NCBI GenBank assembly: GCA_030704615.1
Contig: CM060731.1
Location: forward strand, 95,108,001 to 95,172,000
Direction of reading: 5' to 3'
Length of the DNA stretch: 64,000 bases
Source of the DNA: Takakia lepidozioides
Lineage: Eukaryota > Plantae > Bryophyta
Shown here: positions 62,861 to 64,000 of the stretch, one piece after another
Numbering within the stretch: position 1 is the first letter of the stretch
Layout of the letters: each line of letters opens with the position of its first letter
The notes under the pieces: generated by a model
Told to the model about the DNA's origin: nothing
The model's input: only the letters and a program-made list of their open reading frames with translations
Databases searched by the model: none
Translations under genes and position numbers: made by a program

Positions 62861-63199
62861 TTGGCCAGGGATCTTGTATTCTCTTCAGTTTAAGGTGGTG
62901 CATTAGTTGGAGTTAGTGGTCACATGCATCTTTGACCATTGACTACTGATTTTGTTAGCTAAGATTTTTATTTTATTTTTTTCTATATACATATGATGTA
63001 ACATTTGCATATGCAATAAATACGTCGTATTCTATGTTATATAACTCCACTGCATACAATCTACAATGTGTGCATACAAATTTGTCACATGCATATATAA
63101 TAAGGGATTTTGTGCATGCATGCACACAACCTGTGCATATGGAATAGCAACCCCCCAGATTTCCATGATAAGCTGCAATGGTGGCATTTGTGTTTTGTC

Positions 63200-63610
63200 C
63201 GGGTTAGCGACGCCAGGACCTCGGGCGCGCCGGACGCGCCGAATCCCCTGAGACTGCAGCGTCGCACAGGCGCCCGGCTCGGGACTTACGACGTCGGGGC
63301 GTCGTAACGCCAGTGCTCGGACGACGTTGTAGCATCTTGCGATGCCATGCCGTCGCGGAAAAGGGGCCTAACCCCATTCCCCCGCCAACGCACTTAGGGG
63401 GTTGCGACGCCCCCGGGAGGCTATGACGTCGGGGAATCGCAACGAGACGTCGCAGCGCCGCAGCCCAGCGATGCTTTTGCGACGGCCGGGCGCTCCTGCG
63501 ACAGCGGGGAATCGCAATGCCTGGGGAAAAAAATAAAAAAATAAAAAAATAAAAAATCACGATTCCCCGGCGTCTTGGGGGCGTCGCGGAAAATTGATTC
63601 TGGGAGTAGA
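63200..63610. mobile_element. GC-rich GCGACG-repeat segment, possibly a degraded CACTA end
   Basis: Many GCGACG/CGTCGC and GGGGAATCG motifs. The reverse complement of the right edge, CTACTCCCAGAATCAATTTTCCGCGACG, resembles a CACTA terminus; no partner end found. Confidence 0.3.
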
Positions 63611-64000
63611 TTGTAGAGCATAATGGACTTGGCATCCTCAGACTATAGCCATTGTCCAACAATAAGTTGCAATGCAGCTTTGCAAAACTTAGGCCATTGA
63701 TAGATATTTGTTCTTGAAGAACTCTGGGGACAAGTCTCGGTGCAAGTTCTAGCTGTGCGAGCTCCTGTAGAGTACGTATAATTTGCAACACAATGATAGG
63801 ATTGAGATAGTGGTAGTCACCAAGAGCTAACTCTTGATATGTATATATATACTTGGACTGTTTTTGTGATACATAGATGTATTGTAGATTTGTTCGTTAG
63901 TGTGCAGTGTTTTAGAAATGTTATAATGTGGAGGTCCTACGTTCAAATATGCATTGTCTAATATATATAGAACAATCCATGAACTGTCATTGGACAAAAC

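Larger units (their letters stand above)
36746..63156. mobile_element. E2: Mutator-like element (~11.8 kb without its two nested insertions)
   Basis: Right end ATGGAATAGCAACCCCCC matches the E3 right end. Left end GAGGTAGCCTATACTATATGCGC resembles the E3 left end. ATGCAT-rich subterminal repeats at both ends and the same gene layout as E1. Flanking 9-mers do not match, so the left boundary is tentative. Confidence 0.65.

Overview
Eukaryotic, intron-containing plant DNA; a non-seed land plant is my inference from gene and TE style. Bases 1-19 kb are a host gene block: ATP23 (-), an indel-damaged Gfo/Idh/MocA oxidoreductase (+) and CDC7 kinase (-), with MITEs and a C5-DNA-methyltransferase remnant. 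Bases 20-63 kb are a nest of transposons dominated by three related large Mutator-like (MULE) elements: E1 20913-35986 (9-bp TSD TTAGCATGA, splits an integrase gene), E2 ~36746-63156 (no TSD found) and E3 51577-59021 (9-bp TSD GCTTTCATG, inserted in codon 11 of the E2 transposase). All three share one layout: a multi-exon ParB-like + beta-class amino-(N4C/N6A)-methyltransferase-like gene on -, and a divergent GCM-DDE-SWIM transposase on +. E1 and E3 also carry a convergent cargo ORF. Each element carries many copies (about 12 to over 40) of its own CG-rich palindrome in introns and intergenic DNA: E1 ATAGTC-GGYRCC-GACTAT, E2 YGCGCCGGCGGA, E3 ATTTCGGCGCCGAAAT. This may be a TE-encoded, sequence-specific self-marking or anti-silencing system analogous to VANDAL/VANC but built from a ParB-MTase fusion; that function is inference. 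A pol-less LTR retrotransposon (41251-48381, TSD GACCT) interrupts the E2 ParB exon. All comparisons were made by eye; no database searches were run.
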